Of a stretch of 64,000 nucleotides of DNA, positions 1 to 11,932 are shown one piece after another. Source of the stretch: Hydrolagus colliei (lineage: Eukaryota); NCBI GenBank assembly GCA_035084275.1, contig CM068744.1:15128001-15192000 (forward strand). The letters are read 5' to 3'. The notes beneath the pieces were generated by a model, which did no database searches, had not been told where the DNA came from, and saw nothing but the letters and a program-made list of their open reading frames with translations. The translations under genes and the position numbers were made by a program. Position 1 is the stretch's first letter, and every line of letters starts with the position of its first letter.

Positions 1-700
1 TCACTGGCATTTTGAGATGGAGTGGGCATCCATGGTTGCAAATGCTGTCGGTGTTTGAGGTGCGGAGGACCTGATGCAAGCTGATCAGGGGAGTCTCAGT
101 CCTGCTGACGTTCAACTGTAGAAGGTTCGTTCTCATCCAGGACTTGATGTCTGACAGGCAGTCTATCAGGAAATCGGTGATTCTGGGGTCAAGATTGGAG
201 GCTATCTATCGAGAGAGATAGAGTTGAGTGTCATTCGTGTACATGTGGATGTTGACCCTATGTCTGCAGGTCATGTCACATGGGAAACATGTGACATGAC
301 AGTGGAAACATGTACTGGGTGAAGAGGAGAGGACTGAGGACAGAGTCCTGAGGAACACTCGCATAAGACGGTGTGGGGGCTGGAGGAGAAGCCATTTGTG
401 TTGACAAAATGGAGCTGATGGGGTGAGAGAGAGGATCTGAACCATTCAAGGACAGAAGCTTGAAGGTTAAGGTGAAAGGAGAGGTGGTGGAGGGGGATGG
501 AGTAGTGCACTGTGTCAAAGGCAGCAGAGAGGTCGAGGAGGACAAGGAGACAGAGGTAGCCCTGGTCAAAGATGGACAGAATGTCATTTCTCACTCTGAC
601 CAGAGCTGTTTCCAGGGGTGGTAGGATATGGAGATGGGTTGGATGCTGATGGGGAGAGGGATTGAGGAGTTAAGAGAGATTAAATGGTGATCTGAGATGG
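1..700 (-). mobile_element. L2 LINE reverse-transcriptase fragment (decayed)
   Basis: Minus-strand frames give LLVLLDLSAAFDTV, VPQDSVLSPLLF and HMYTNDTQLY (YADD region), with frameshifts between them. Confidence 0.9.
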
Positions 701-809
701 CTTTATCGGTGATTGTGAGGTCCAAAACACTGAAATCCCCTGGCATCCAGGTCCTGGGTAATCAATCTCACTGTAGTATACAGCGCAACAAAGGAAATTC
801 AGCTCCAAA

Positions 810-945
810 GTATAACAACACCAACAAAATTACATTGATAGCGCACCTTTCAAGGTGGGAGGACATCCCAAGGCACTGTTACAGTAATACAATACAATAC
901 AAAATTATATTTGTAAAGCGCCTTATATGTTGGGAGGATCTGGAA
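810..945 (-). mobile_element. Two short L2 3'-tail fragments
   Basis: aacaacaccaacaaaattacattgatagcgcacctttca...ggacatcccaagg and a second similar tail; both are reverse complements of the L2 terminal stem-loop plus (TTG)n. Confidence 0.7.
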
Positions 946-1852
946 ATGCAGACAGGAATTTACATTATTTGGAGCTTTTGCTTTAACTGAAGGATGTTTT
1001 TAATACTGGGTTAATAAGACTGATCAGTGTTCTTTTATGGTTATCAAGGAAGCATACCACTAATTGCCACCTTAAAGGTTAGTTCCAGATGTGCCTGGGT
1101 CTTTTTGTGGGACTGTGCCTCCAGTTATATTTTGTGCTGTGCCTCCAGTTAAGTTTTCTTAAGCAGCAATGATAGCCTTTGGTACATTAATATCCATTTT
1201 GAAGTCACTGATCCCAAGCTATGGCTCCTGGATACTTTGAAAAAGAATGTTGTGTGTGAGGGTGGGTGGGGGGTGGGGGGGATCAGAGATGAAAGGGAAG
1301 CAAATAACATTATTTTCCATTCTTACAGTTCTAAAAAATATATCCATTGAGAGGGCTTGATTTTGTTTCCCTCTCCTTAAATACCACTAATTACTCCAGG
1401 CATGCAACAGGAAATCAATGGTCAGATGTCACTCATTAAATTTCCTTTGGTGCTCAGCTCCATGAAGTGAACTTTTTCATAAAAATGATTGATGTGCAGG
1501 AAGATTAAACATTCTTACTGTTTTATAATCTTAGAAATCATAAAATGTGCAAGATTCATTAAACATAGAAGGTTAAGTTGATCAAACTTAAAGGCAGGTC
1601 ATTTTAATCTTTATCAACAGGGGCATAGAAAACATAATCTTTGCATCTCTTTGTTCGGTCAGACAGATGTCAGATATATGCGGAAACTCATCACCAGACT
1701 GAGAGCACCTTCAATGGCTCCTACTTATGGTATGCACACTATTTATTATAATGTCTCATCATGTTGACAAAACACTCAAAGCCTTGTACTGTATTTGTAC
1801 TGTAAAGTGTAGTGACTGTATTTGTGGGTGAATGCACATGGCAATTTATAAT

Positions 1853-2188
1853 ATAATAATAATAATCCTTGCATTTGATATAGCGCTTTCCACATTTTAT
1901 CGATGTCCCAAAGCGCTTCACAGAATATACTGTAAAGTGAATTGACTGTATATATTTGTGGGCGAATCGCGGCAGCCAATTGCGCACAGCAATGTCCCAC
2001 ACACAGTCGTGGATTGAAATGACCAATTTTATTGTGGTTGTTTTGGAGGGATTATTATTAGGTGTGTGGAGTAAGGAAACTTGCCCAAGGTTTCGCCCTG
2101 ACCTGCCTGGATTCGAACACAGGTCTCCCCAGCTTGGTCTCCCCAGCTTGCAAGACAAGTGCTCTAACCACTGAGCCACAGGAGCTCC
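1853..2188 (-). mobile_element. tRNA-derived SINE, full length (variant with duplicated head segment)
   Basis: On the minus strand: A box TGGCTCAGTGGTTAGAGC, B box GTTCGAATCC, CCTTGGGCAAGT, conserved body, L2-like tail GCGCTATATCAAATGCAAGGA(TTA)n. Confidence 0.92.
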
Positions 2189-2194
2189 ACATTT

Positions 2195-2460
2195 GATCAC
2201 AGCGATGTCCCACAAACGACCATAAAGTAAATACTCATTTTTCTTTATCTGGGGGTTGTTGGCCAGGACATCAGGAGAGACTCCCTTCTTTATTCAAAGC
2301 AAAGGGGTGCCATGGGATACAGTATCTGGCATCTGCTTCAAAAGGCAGACTGAACCTTAGTTTAATATACTGTATCCCTGAAGGATGGTACCTCTGACAA
2401 TGCAATGTTACATTGAGGTGTCAGCCTAGATTATGAGGTAAAATCCTGACCTCCAGATAA
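2195..2460 (-). mobile_element. Older Deu-domain-like SINE fragment
   Basis: ggccaggacatcaggagagactccc...tgccatgggat...ctgaaggatggtacctctgacaatgcaa...gtgtcagcctagattatg; related to 25555-25950 and 59470-59710 and resembles DeuSINE bodies as I recall them. Confidence 0.6.
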
Positions 2461-3501
2461 CAATGAAATGAAATTGCAGTAACCTGAAGCAGAAGTTTAA
2501 AAACAGTCTCTTTATTGGTGTGACTTTGATCAGATTGATTGATAGCTTTCAAAAGAGTTACACGCTCAGTAAAATAATGAGGTAATAGATATTGTAAGAC
2601 AGCTTTGAAGGTTGAGAAGGGATGAGGTGGAAGGATTTGGGAAGAGAATTCTTGAGAGTGTGAGTATAGTATAGTGACCAAAAGGTTTAAATTTAAGTTT
2701 ATTAGGAAGAGGTAAAAGATTTAAGTGTCGTATTCATTTACAGGAATGCCACATATACATGCACATACATGTACATGAACAAGAGATGGCATGTCTTTCC
2801 CTTTGCAGACACACAAACACTATGAAACTCACATGTGCACATGCAAACACACACATGTACACAAACATGCATTGCAAACTCATAATGTCTCATTGATAAC
2901 TGTAAAATCAAACCTTGATTTTAAAGTTGTTTAAAAGCAGCTTAGCTTTTCAAAACGCATTGCATCTTTGTAGAAAGAAAATAATATAAACGATTACAAT
3001 ATTTGTACACTGGGCAAATTAGCATTCAGGCTTACTGTGTTAAATGCTGTTTGAAGGAGTGAGACTGAAATGATCCCTTATATAGTAATGGGAAAGGAAA
3101 CAGCTGCTTTTCACTCAAGGATTTGTAAGCAGCTATGTAATTGCACAAATATTATTCTATTACCCACTGTCAGAGGGATGGTGTCCTGGAACATCACTGT
3201 TTGAACTTTGAGCACTGCACGTTATTATTCCTGTTTCAGGATGAAATGAAAAGCGAACGGAAAGTTGCTTATATAAGAATATTGGGAAACAAAATGCAGT
3301 GTTGCACTCATCCAATTCTACAGCCTAATGGCCAATAGTGCAACTACAACAGAATCTTTTTAAACCCTGAAACATCCAAGAAAACACTAACTGACTGACA
3401 ATTCACAATGCAAGCAAATGAATACCAAGAACATTCAGAAAAGGATATTACAAAATGTAATACATTGCAGATCCTGGCACAAAAGCTAAATGATCTTTAA
3501 C

Positions 3502-3594
3502 AAAAGCAGAAATCGCTGAGAACACTCAGCAGGTCAGGCAGCATCTTTGGAGAAGGAACGTAAGTCAAAGTTTGGGGTGCATGGCCCTTCATCA
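3502..3594 (-). mobile_element. Penelope-like element terminal fragment with 14-bp TSD
   Basis: Contains cactcagcaggtcaggcagcatc, shared with copies at 15448, 20614 and 24797; flanked by the direct repeat AAATGATCTTTAAC at 3488-3501 and 3595-3608. Confidence 0.8.
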
Positions 3595-5483
3595 AAATGA
3601 TCTTTAACTTGCTGCAAGTTTTAAAATGCAGGTGATATCTTGGGTTGTAATTCTACTTGGAAATGGGAGTGGATTGTCCCTCCGTAGCAATCTTACTAGT
3701 TGGTGAAATGCTTAATATTGAAAACAGCGCGAGTATCCAGAACTCTGTGGAGTGGATCAGGTGAATTGGAAAACGTGTATTCAAAAATGTTTGGCTAAGT
3801 GGCTTTACGGTGTCAGGACTTGATATTGTTGCTCAGGATCTGCACTAGTGCTGCAAAAGAACCACCCCCTGGTCACCAAGTTGAGTTCTTCCAGAATATA
3901 AATTAACACTGGAAGCTGCTACGGTACATGTCTAGTGGTGAGAGTGGATATTTGTGATTAGAGGTTTTTGTCTGAAATCAAATAGACTCCCAAGAATCTA
4001 GAAATTAAAAAAGTATCTTTATTATAATGGGATTGATATGGGCCAATCTTTAATGGCAGTGCAAAAATATAGTGTCACAAACCAAGAGTTCCTGTTCCCT
4101 GAAAAGAGCAGATTGGTGAAGACAAAATCTAGGACAAGCGACACAATCGGAGATTGGACGTTCTGGGGACCCGACTTCAACAACAACAAATTACATTTGT
4201 GTAGCACCTATTACATCAGGAGGACCTCAGGGAGTTTGCAGGACTTGGTTGAAATAAATCATTCAAAATAACAGTATTTCTAGTTTCCCACATGGAAACA
4301 AAACAAAGTTTTGAACCTGAAACCATTGCGTATTTGGTTTGTGGCCTGCCATATGAAAATAAACTGATGAACTTGGCCACATTGAGACATCATGTTGAAT
4401 TGTCCAGAAAAAACTTGCAATGAAACAGGCTTCAGGAAGTGAGCATCCTTTGGGATATAATGTAAGGCTTGATTACAGAATAAGTGACACTTAAAAATGT
4501 GTCAGAAGGGATCAGATGATTTGATAGGCCATCAATTTTGTCCCACCCTTTGCTAAACATTCCTCTGTATTTTCCACAATGAATACAAGACTCCGAAGTG
4601 TTTTTAAAATATAAAAATAATCGTTTGTTGAGGTCATGGTGACAAATACTGAGCCAGCTAACCTTTAAGTTTGAACAGATTGTAAAGAGTTGGACTCAAG
4701 AGCAACATGACACATCTGTGTTGGAGCAGATCTACAGTGTTAATAACTCATTATGTTGTGATAATGACTATCATAACAGGGATACTGAAGTAATAAGAGG
4801 CTTGAAAATCTAGTTTATCATAGCTTGTCGGATATTTTGTCTTAACGGTGAAGAACGTGCAGAATTGTGGAAAATTGTTACATTTTCTGTCTTAATTCAG
4901 TATTAATTTGGAAGTCTGTTCCTTTGAAGTACTAGTACTTCTGAAACCTGGTTTCCAAATTAAGATTTTTTCACAAGACTGTTCATCCTTGCATTTTAAG
5001 AAAATAGTCTCACAGGCTACAAATTGCTGTTTTGTGTTGTGATACAATTCCTGCTAGAATACAACATACTTCTGTTATGCAATTTGGAACAGATAGAATG
5101 TTTTACATATATTTATTTTTCATATAATAATTTAAAGATGCTGCAAGAATCAATTGGCCTCAATAGATAGTAAAATGTTACCGGTTCAATCTGAATAACA
5201 AGAGGATTATTTTTTGTAAAAGCAACAGTAATTTTTAGTGTCACTCAGTATTCAGTGATTAAATGGTGACTGATATTTATCAGAAGGAAAAAGAACAATC
5301 CAGAATTATAATAATAGGGGAAGTTTGGGTGGGGACAGGAACTTGACTGGTGCCATGTCTGTTAACACTAATGGGGACTAAACTTAACCTTAGATTTCAT
5401 CTATTAAAGGAGACAATTGTTGATTTATATTAAACGGATTGTTAACATTTTTGTACATCAAGAGGGAAAGACTTTCCGACAGC

Positions 5484-5880
5484 ATTGCAGAGTTGCTACC
5501 TAGCCGATCTACTCTCCCCCTACACGCCCACCCGGACCCTCCGTTCAACAGGACTTGGCCTGCTCCAAGCCCCCCGCCCGAACCGCCCCACCATTGGAGG
5601 CCGGGCCTTCAGCTTCTCTGCTCCCACCTTATGGAATGCCATCCCTCAATCCCTCTGTTTCGCCTCTTCCCTTTCCTCTTTCAAGGCCGATTTGAAGACT
5701 TTCCTCTTCGATCGTGCCTATTGTTCCACCCCGAACTCTTTTACCTCCCCTTCGTGTTTCACCCCTTCCCAAACACTCCCCTCCCAGGTCGGGTCACACG
5801 CCTCCTGTGCAGCGCCTTGGGACGTCCTCCCGACGTGAAAGGCGCTATATAAATGTAAATTGTTGTTGTTGTTGTTGTTG
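5484..5880 (+). mobile_element. L2 LINE 3' fragment (type A tail, low divergence)
   Basis: YLADLLSPYTPTRTLRS...GGRAFSFSAPTLWNAIP (ORF2 C-terminus), then terminal stem-loop gcgccttgggacgtcctcccgacgtgaaaggcgc and (TTG)n. Confidence 0.93.
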
Positions 5881-6215
5881 CGACTTGCTGGACTTACCTG
5901 AGGACCATCTACACTGCACCCGCCATCTTGAACATTGGACCAACTGGTGGGCCATGGTGGTAGATGCCCCCAAGTGCAGTTATGGTTCTGCATGCCCAAG
6001 GGAAGGCACTGAGACAATTAATTGGAAGATCCAATGGGCAACAGTTTCTGATACCTACAATCCACCTAATGAGGATCAGAACATGTTCAGCAAATGAAAT
6101 AGGGGATCCGTCCCCCCAACTCCCTTCCCCTTGACCCCCTACCTCCCTCCACACAAACAAACTGACCCCAAATTTCCCCTATTTCCCCCCACACACACTC
6201 TGCCCCCCACACCAT

Positions 6216-6535
6216 GTCCTGTAAGCTCAGTGGTTGGAGCACTCGCCTTACAAACATGATACCTGTGTTCAAATCCAGACAGGTCAGGGCGAAACATTGG
6301 GCAAATTTACTTACTCCACACACATGCATAATAATAAACCCTCAAAAAATAATAATAAAATTGGTCATTTCAACCCACGACTGTTTGTGGAACACTGCCA
6401 TATGCAACTGGCTGCCGCGTTTCCACAAAATATACACTCAATTCACTTTATAGTCTTTTCTGTGAAGTGCTTTGAGATGTCTAGCAGATGTGATAAGTGC
6501 TGCATCAAATGCAAGGATTATTATTATTTTATTAT
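6216..6535 (+). mobile_element. tRNA-derived SINE
   Basis: A box and B box in the head, conserved body, tail atcaaatgcaaggattattatt. Confidence 0.88.
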
Positions 6536-6699
6536 CAAACCCGCGTTTGACAGATGTTGAACGACTACCTCGTCTATTTTTTGCGTTAACATCATATGGA
6601 GGGGCGGAGAGTGCAGAGTAGATGAACAAGCATTTGTGCTTCACAGCACATATCTGGGAAACTGCTTGCACAATGACACTGCTGTACAGCCAGGAAGCA

Positions 6700-6965
6700 C
6701 CTGTTTCCTAACCTCTGCTCTGCATCACCCGCCCCCATTTTCGCCCGACTTCACTGGCTTCGCATCACCCAGAGGATTCAATTCAATATCCTGGTCCTTA
6801 CCTTCAAAGCTCTCCATGGTCTTGCCCCTACCCATCTCTGCGATCTCCTTACCAACCTGTCCTTTCCACTGCTCAGCAGGCTCTGGCATGTTCCATATCC
6901 TCCGATCCACCCTATCCACCATCGGCGGGCGAGTCTTCAGCCACTCTGCCCCCAACATTTTGAAT
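6700..6965 (+). mobile_element. L2 ORF2 fragment
   Basis: LHWL-like region and STIGGRVFSHSAP motif. Confidence 0.8.
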
Positions 6966-7584
6966 TACATTGAGAAATCCCTCCACCCCATCTTGAATCT
7001 CATAAAGAGACATGCGAGTGGTTAATACAAGTGATGGACCATAGAGCCAATCTCAGATTTAGTTTCACAAATGTACCTCTAACTAACTATCAAAGCTAGT
7101 GACAAGGATAGTACTGACAGATACTGACAGGTCTAGTAACAGAGACAAGGTCAGTAACAATGTTACAACAACAACTTGCACTTATATAGCGTTCTTCACA
7201 CAGTAGCGTACAGAAGCTCTTGGGACAGGCACAGAGATAGAAACAGAGAAAGGAGCAGAGACAGGGACAGAGTCAGTACCAGAAATGGTAACAATTCACA
7301 ATGAAGACATTGCTGATGTTCAAACGATGTACTATCCTTAATAATTTGCCAAAGAGGTCAACACTGCAGTACATAAATCTGATCATGTTCACTCCTTTTG
7401 GAATATGATCCAACTAGCCAGCCAGCCAGCCATCACATAGTGACTAGTCAAGGAAATTCAGCAATAAATTAATTGACTGCAAACCGAATGTCTGCAGCCT
7501 CAGCGTGATGCAATATTCACCAGCTGTGAACTTGTGAACAAAGATTATTACTATTAAGGCAAATATTTCTGGAAAGAGTGGAAA

Positions 7585-7766
7585 CTCCCTCCCTCAATCC
7601 CTATGCCTCACCCCCTCCTTTTCCATATTCAGGTTGTTCCTGAAGACCTTTCCATTCAACAGTGCCTACTGTCACCTTTCCCCTCCGCCTGGCTCAGCTC
7701 CGGGCTCCGCTATTGTGAAGCCATCTGGCGTGGAGGGTGCTATATAATTGCGAGTTGTTGTTGTTG
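7585..7766 (+). mobile_element. L2 3' fragment (type B tail)
   Basis: ccgctattgtgaagccatctggcgtggagggtgctatataattgcgag(ttg)n. Confidence 0.8.
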
Positions 7767-8111
7767 TAAACAACTTCTTTGCAAAGAAGAAAATGGCGTC
7801 ACTTGTAACAACAGCAACATCCACCTGACTCTAGATTTACACCTTTCAGGTACCATTTTAGAGCATTTAGAATTGAAAACTGATTTAAAAGTTAAGAACA
7901 ACCACAACAACAACAGCATTACATTTGTATGGCACTCTGAATTGCTATATAAATAGACAAACAAATAAATAAGAAAATCTAAAGCCACGTGGAATTTCTC
8001 CCTACTGGTAACACAACAGTGATAAAGCCAAAGTTCTTAAAACAGGTTCTGACAATTTAATACAGCAGTCATATTATAATAAAAATAATCCTGCATTTGG
8101 TATAGTGAGGC

Positions 8112-8408
8112 ATCCTGTAGCTCAGTGGTTAGAGCACTAGCCTTGCAAGTGAGAGACCATAGTTTGATTCATGGCAGGGCAAAACCTTGGGCAAGTTTCC
8201 TTACTTCACACGCCTGATAATAATATCTCAAGAAAAAAAAGAATAATGTGGTCACTCAATCCATGACTGTTTGTAGGACACTGCAGTGCAGATTTCACCC
8301 ACAAAATATAGTTAATTCACTTTACAGTATATGCTATGAAGTGCATTAAGATGTTTAGAAGACTTGAAAAGTGCTATATGAAATGGAAGGATTATGTTAT
8401 TTATTATT
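8112..8408 (+). mobile_element. tRNA-derived SINE
   Basis: tcctgtagctcagtggttagagcactagccttgcaagtgagagacc head, ccttgggcaagttt, conserved tail. Confidence 0.88.
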
Positions 8409-8457
8409 AGAGCGCTTTATCACATCATTGAGATTCCTCATAGCACAGAATATATTA

Positions 8458-8715
8458 TAAAATTACATTCATATAGAGTCTTTCATGTTTGGAGGATGTC
8501 CCAAGGTGCTGAACAATCAGTGTTTCTGTCCCAAGCTGGTGGTCGGGATTGGAGTGTTGGGGAGGGTAGGGAGAGAAGAAGGGTGACCAAAGGCATGGTT
8601 GAAGAGGAGCATCTTGAGATGGGTTGTGAAGGAAGCAAAGGAGAGGGTGAGGCAGAGGGCTTGTGGCATGGAGTTCCAAAGGAGAGGGTGGGGCAGAGTA
8701 GCTAAAGGCTTGCCA
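8458..8715 (-). mobile_element. L2 3' fragment
   Basis: Reverse complement of the type A tail and a QAFSYSAP motif. Confidence 0.8.
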
Positions 8716-9573
8716 CTGTGTATTTATATATGAAATGAATATCATATGTTACAGCCTTAACTCATTTAACCCTAAAGGAAGGCTCTGATTGACACTTACA
8801 TCTGATTCTTCTCCCTGTTTGTAGATCAAAAAGTGGAGGGTTCCTCAATGGCACTGGCACAGCAGGAGCAGATATACTCTTTCTCTGTCAATAAAAATAA
8901 AAACACTTCAGGGCAAATGATTCCACATAGCACTGCTTTACTGTACAGTATATAGAAATGAAAATGTGCATCTGTGCAAAATGTATGTGATTCGTAGTGT
9001 ATTAAAGGGATCTTTGGTTGGCAATTTTACCCCAATATTAGTGACCAAGTTTTCAGTCACTTTTGCCTCCACTTCTTGGAATTCTTTCTCTAAATCCCTC
9101 TGCCTTCTCTCTCTACTTCCAGCCCCTTTGTAGAATCCTTCCTTTCTACCTAATAAATAATAAACCATTGGCTTTAGTTCATCACCACCCACACTGTCAG
9201 GGAAACAGATGGTCTAACTAATGGAGAATAAGCAAACCTTCTCCTATGAATTTGGGTCAGAGGTCAATGAGCACCATCACTATTACAAAAAGTAATTGGT
9301 GACTAAACCTAGAAAACCTCGGCTTCAGTCCAATTCCACCGAATACCAAGCATGTTAATCCATCTGAATCTTGCTTGATATCTGTGATAATTGCTATACT
9401 AAATACAAACAATGGAAGTGAAGAATAAAATGCAAATTGTGCATATATAATCCATTTGAGTCATGCAGTGTTTTGTTCTAAAATCTGAGCGTTTATGAAT
9501 AGGTTATGTGATTTAGTTTTATGGCAGCGAGAGCATTAATATAAACTTGAAGATATGTTTGCTATTTAGCGCC

Positions 9574-9608
9574 ATATATATATATATATATATATATCTA
9601 TATATATA
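9574..9608. repeat. (TA)n microsatellite
   Basis: Run of TA dinucleotides with one interruption. Confidence 0.95.
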
Positions 9609-10062
9609 CTTAGACTGTGCCTGGTGGGGACAGACTGTCTGTGTTGTCACTGGATTCTCACAGCTGGGTGTGCACCACTTGCCTGACAGCAGGGTTTGGT
9701 GTCTCCAGTGTGTGCTAATTACATTTCCTCTCGGTGGCTGAATGGGAAGAATGCAAGTGTTTTTGTATGTTATTGAATCCAAAACACAACATAGATTCAC
9801 TCGGTCCTTTAATTCCAACTTTACAAATAAATCTCTTTCAAGTTTGCCCAGTTGCTTTCAGAGAATCATTTCATCCTTGCATCATACTCAATTGGCACTC
9901 ATATCCTTAAAGCAATTTGTTAATTTGTTTTTGTTAATCTTTGCTCATCAGCACATTCTTTGCAGAAAATCCACACGCAACAAAGGTAATAATGGTATGA
10001 CATCAATGGTCCTGTTAATCTTCTGTGAATTTTCATCAAACAAAACTTTTAAATCTTTTTAA

Positions 10063-10860
10063 TACAATATATATAAAAATGATCTGGACTTGGGTATAAG
10101 GAGTACAATTTTCAAGTTTGCAGATGATACAAAGTTTGAAAAAGTAGAAAATAGTGAGAAGGACAGTAGCAGACTGCAAGAGGACATAGACAGAAGGATA
10201 AAATGGGCAGACACATGGCAGATGAAGTTTAATGTGAGAAATGCAAGATGATGCATTTTAGGTGGAAGAATGAGTACAACCTTAAGGAGGGGTGAAGGAA
10301 TAGAAAGACCTGGGGCTTCAAATTCATGTAAGTAAATTTTTGAAGGTAGATAAGGCTATTAAAATAAACATACGGGATAATAGGCTTGATAATAGGGGCA
10401 TAGCGTGCAAAAGTCTGGAAGTTATAATTAACCTGGATAAAACGCTGGTTAGGCCTCAGCTGGAGTACTGTGTTCAGTTATGGGTACCATATTTAGGAAG
10501 CATGTTAAGATATTGGAAAGGGTGCAGAGGAGATTTACCAGAATGGTACCAGGAATGAGGGACTTCAGTTATGAGAAAAGGCTAGGATTATTCTCATTGG
10601 AGCAGAGAAGGTTACAAGGAGACCTTATAGAGGTTTTCAATATCATGAGGGGATTCAATAGGGTAAACAGGAAAAAACTGTGGGTGTGTCAATGACTCGA
10701 GGTCACAGATTTAAAATAATTTCAAAAAAGCAGAGGGGAGGTAAGCAGAATTTTTTTCACTCAGTGAGTTGTTCGAATCTTTGCCTGAAAAGAGCTGGCA
10801 CAGATTTGATGGGCCGAATGGCCTCCTTTTGTAAAATTCTATGATTATATGACTCTATGA
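10063..10860 (+). mobile_element. CR1 LINE 3' fragment
   Basis: NDLDLGIRSTIFKFADDTK, LVRPQLEYCVQLW, LERVQRRFTRMVPG and LGLFSLEQRRL; 3' end gatgggccgaatggcctcc followed by degenerate (TTCTATGA)n octamers. Confidence 0.93.
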
Positions 10861-10889
10861 AAACAAGTGTACTTATCTTTCGCAGATGT

Positions 10890-11110
10890 TCTAGCTACTG
10901 ATCCTGATCTATCCTTCCTACCCCATATCCATGCCATGACCCACTCTGTCTTCCCCCACCTCCGCAGCATCACTCAGCTTTGCTACTGTCTCACACCACA
11001 GGTCGCCAAGACCCTCATACACACATTCATAACATGTATTGTTGACTATGCAAACTTTCTGCTTTTCGGCCTCCCAACTCTTCCTTTTTTGCGGATCATA
11101 CAGAACTTTG
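10890..11110 (+). mobile_element. L2 ORF2 fragment (decayed)
   Basis: DPDLSFLPHI...AKTLIHTFITCIVDYAN. Confidence 0.8.
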
Positions 11111-11714
11111 TATGAACTATTGCGCTTACATTTCACATCTTGCTCACTTTAACGTTCACTTTGAAATAAAACTTTTTAGTTTACGTTTTGCAATGATTTC
11201 TGTGGTTTTGTCACAAATGGGAAGGAAAAAGGGAGGAAGAGACTTTGTTTGGAAGTGCAAGTAATTAGGCATATGAAAACAAACCTGAGGTAATGGAAAC
11301 TATCATGACTAATTAAATGGTGCAGCTGGCTTGACAGGCTGTATGGCCTATGCAAGTATCTTGATGATACTGGAACAAAAACAGAAGTTGCTGGGAATCA
11401 ATATTTTATTTTATTTTTTGGCGGGGTGGGTTGCAAAATGGAGTTATAAATTTTCCTGTAAAATATTTTATTATAAATGTGTCAGCATTAAGAAAATATC
11501 CAATACAATATAAACAATATAATCACTGGATGTTTAAAAGTAAATCCAACAATCAACAATATTTGAGCATAATTGTGGCAACTCTTTATCCCTGGTAAAA
11601 TACAAGATAAATGGCATATTTCAGGAACTCATGGGTCAGGTTATTGATACCATATCTGACCCTGACCTCAATATTAAACATTACTCTTAGTTGCTATGCT
11701 CACAGCAAGGTGAG

Positions 11715-11932
11715 TTATCCTTCAAGGCCGGTCTCAAGACCTTCCTCTTCGACCGCGCCTTCAGCTGCCTCACTAACTCTTCCCCCTCTCCCACTCTCCT
11801 TCCCCTTCCCCCTAGTTCGGGCTTCTCCCCACCCCCCACCACCCTGCTCGGGTCCCGACCAGACTGTTCAGCGCTTTGGGACGTCCTCCCGACGTGAAAG
11901 GCGCTATATAAGTGCAATTTTGTTGTTGTTAT
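11715..11932 (+). mobile_element. L2 3' fragment (type A tail)
   Basis: SFKAGLKTFLFDRAF, terminal stem-loop, (TTG)n. Confidence 0.92.

Noticed and set aside
1258-1281. G-quadruplex-forming G run
   Set aside because: Common low-complexity motif with no context indicating function.
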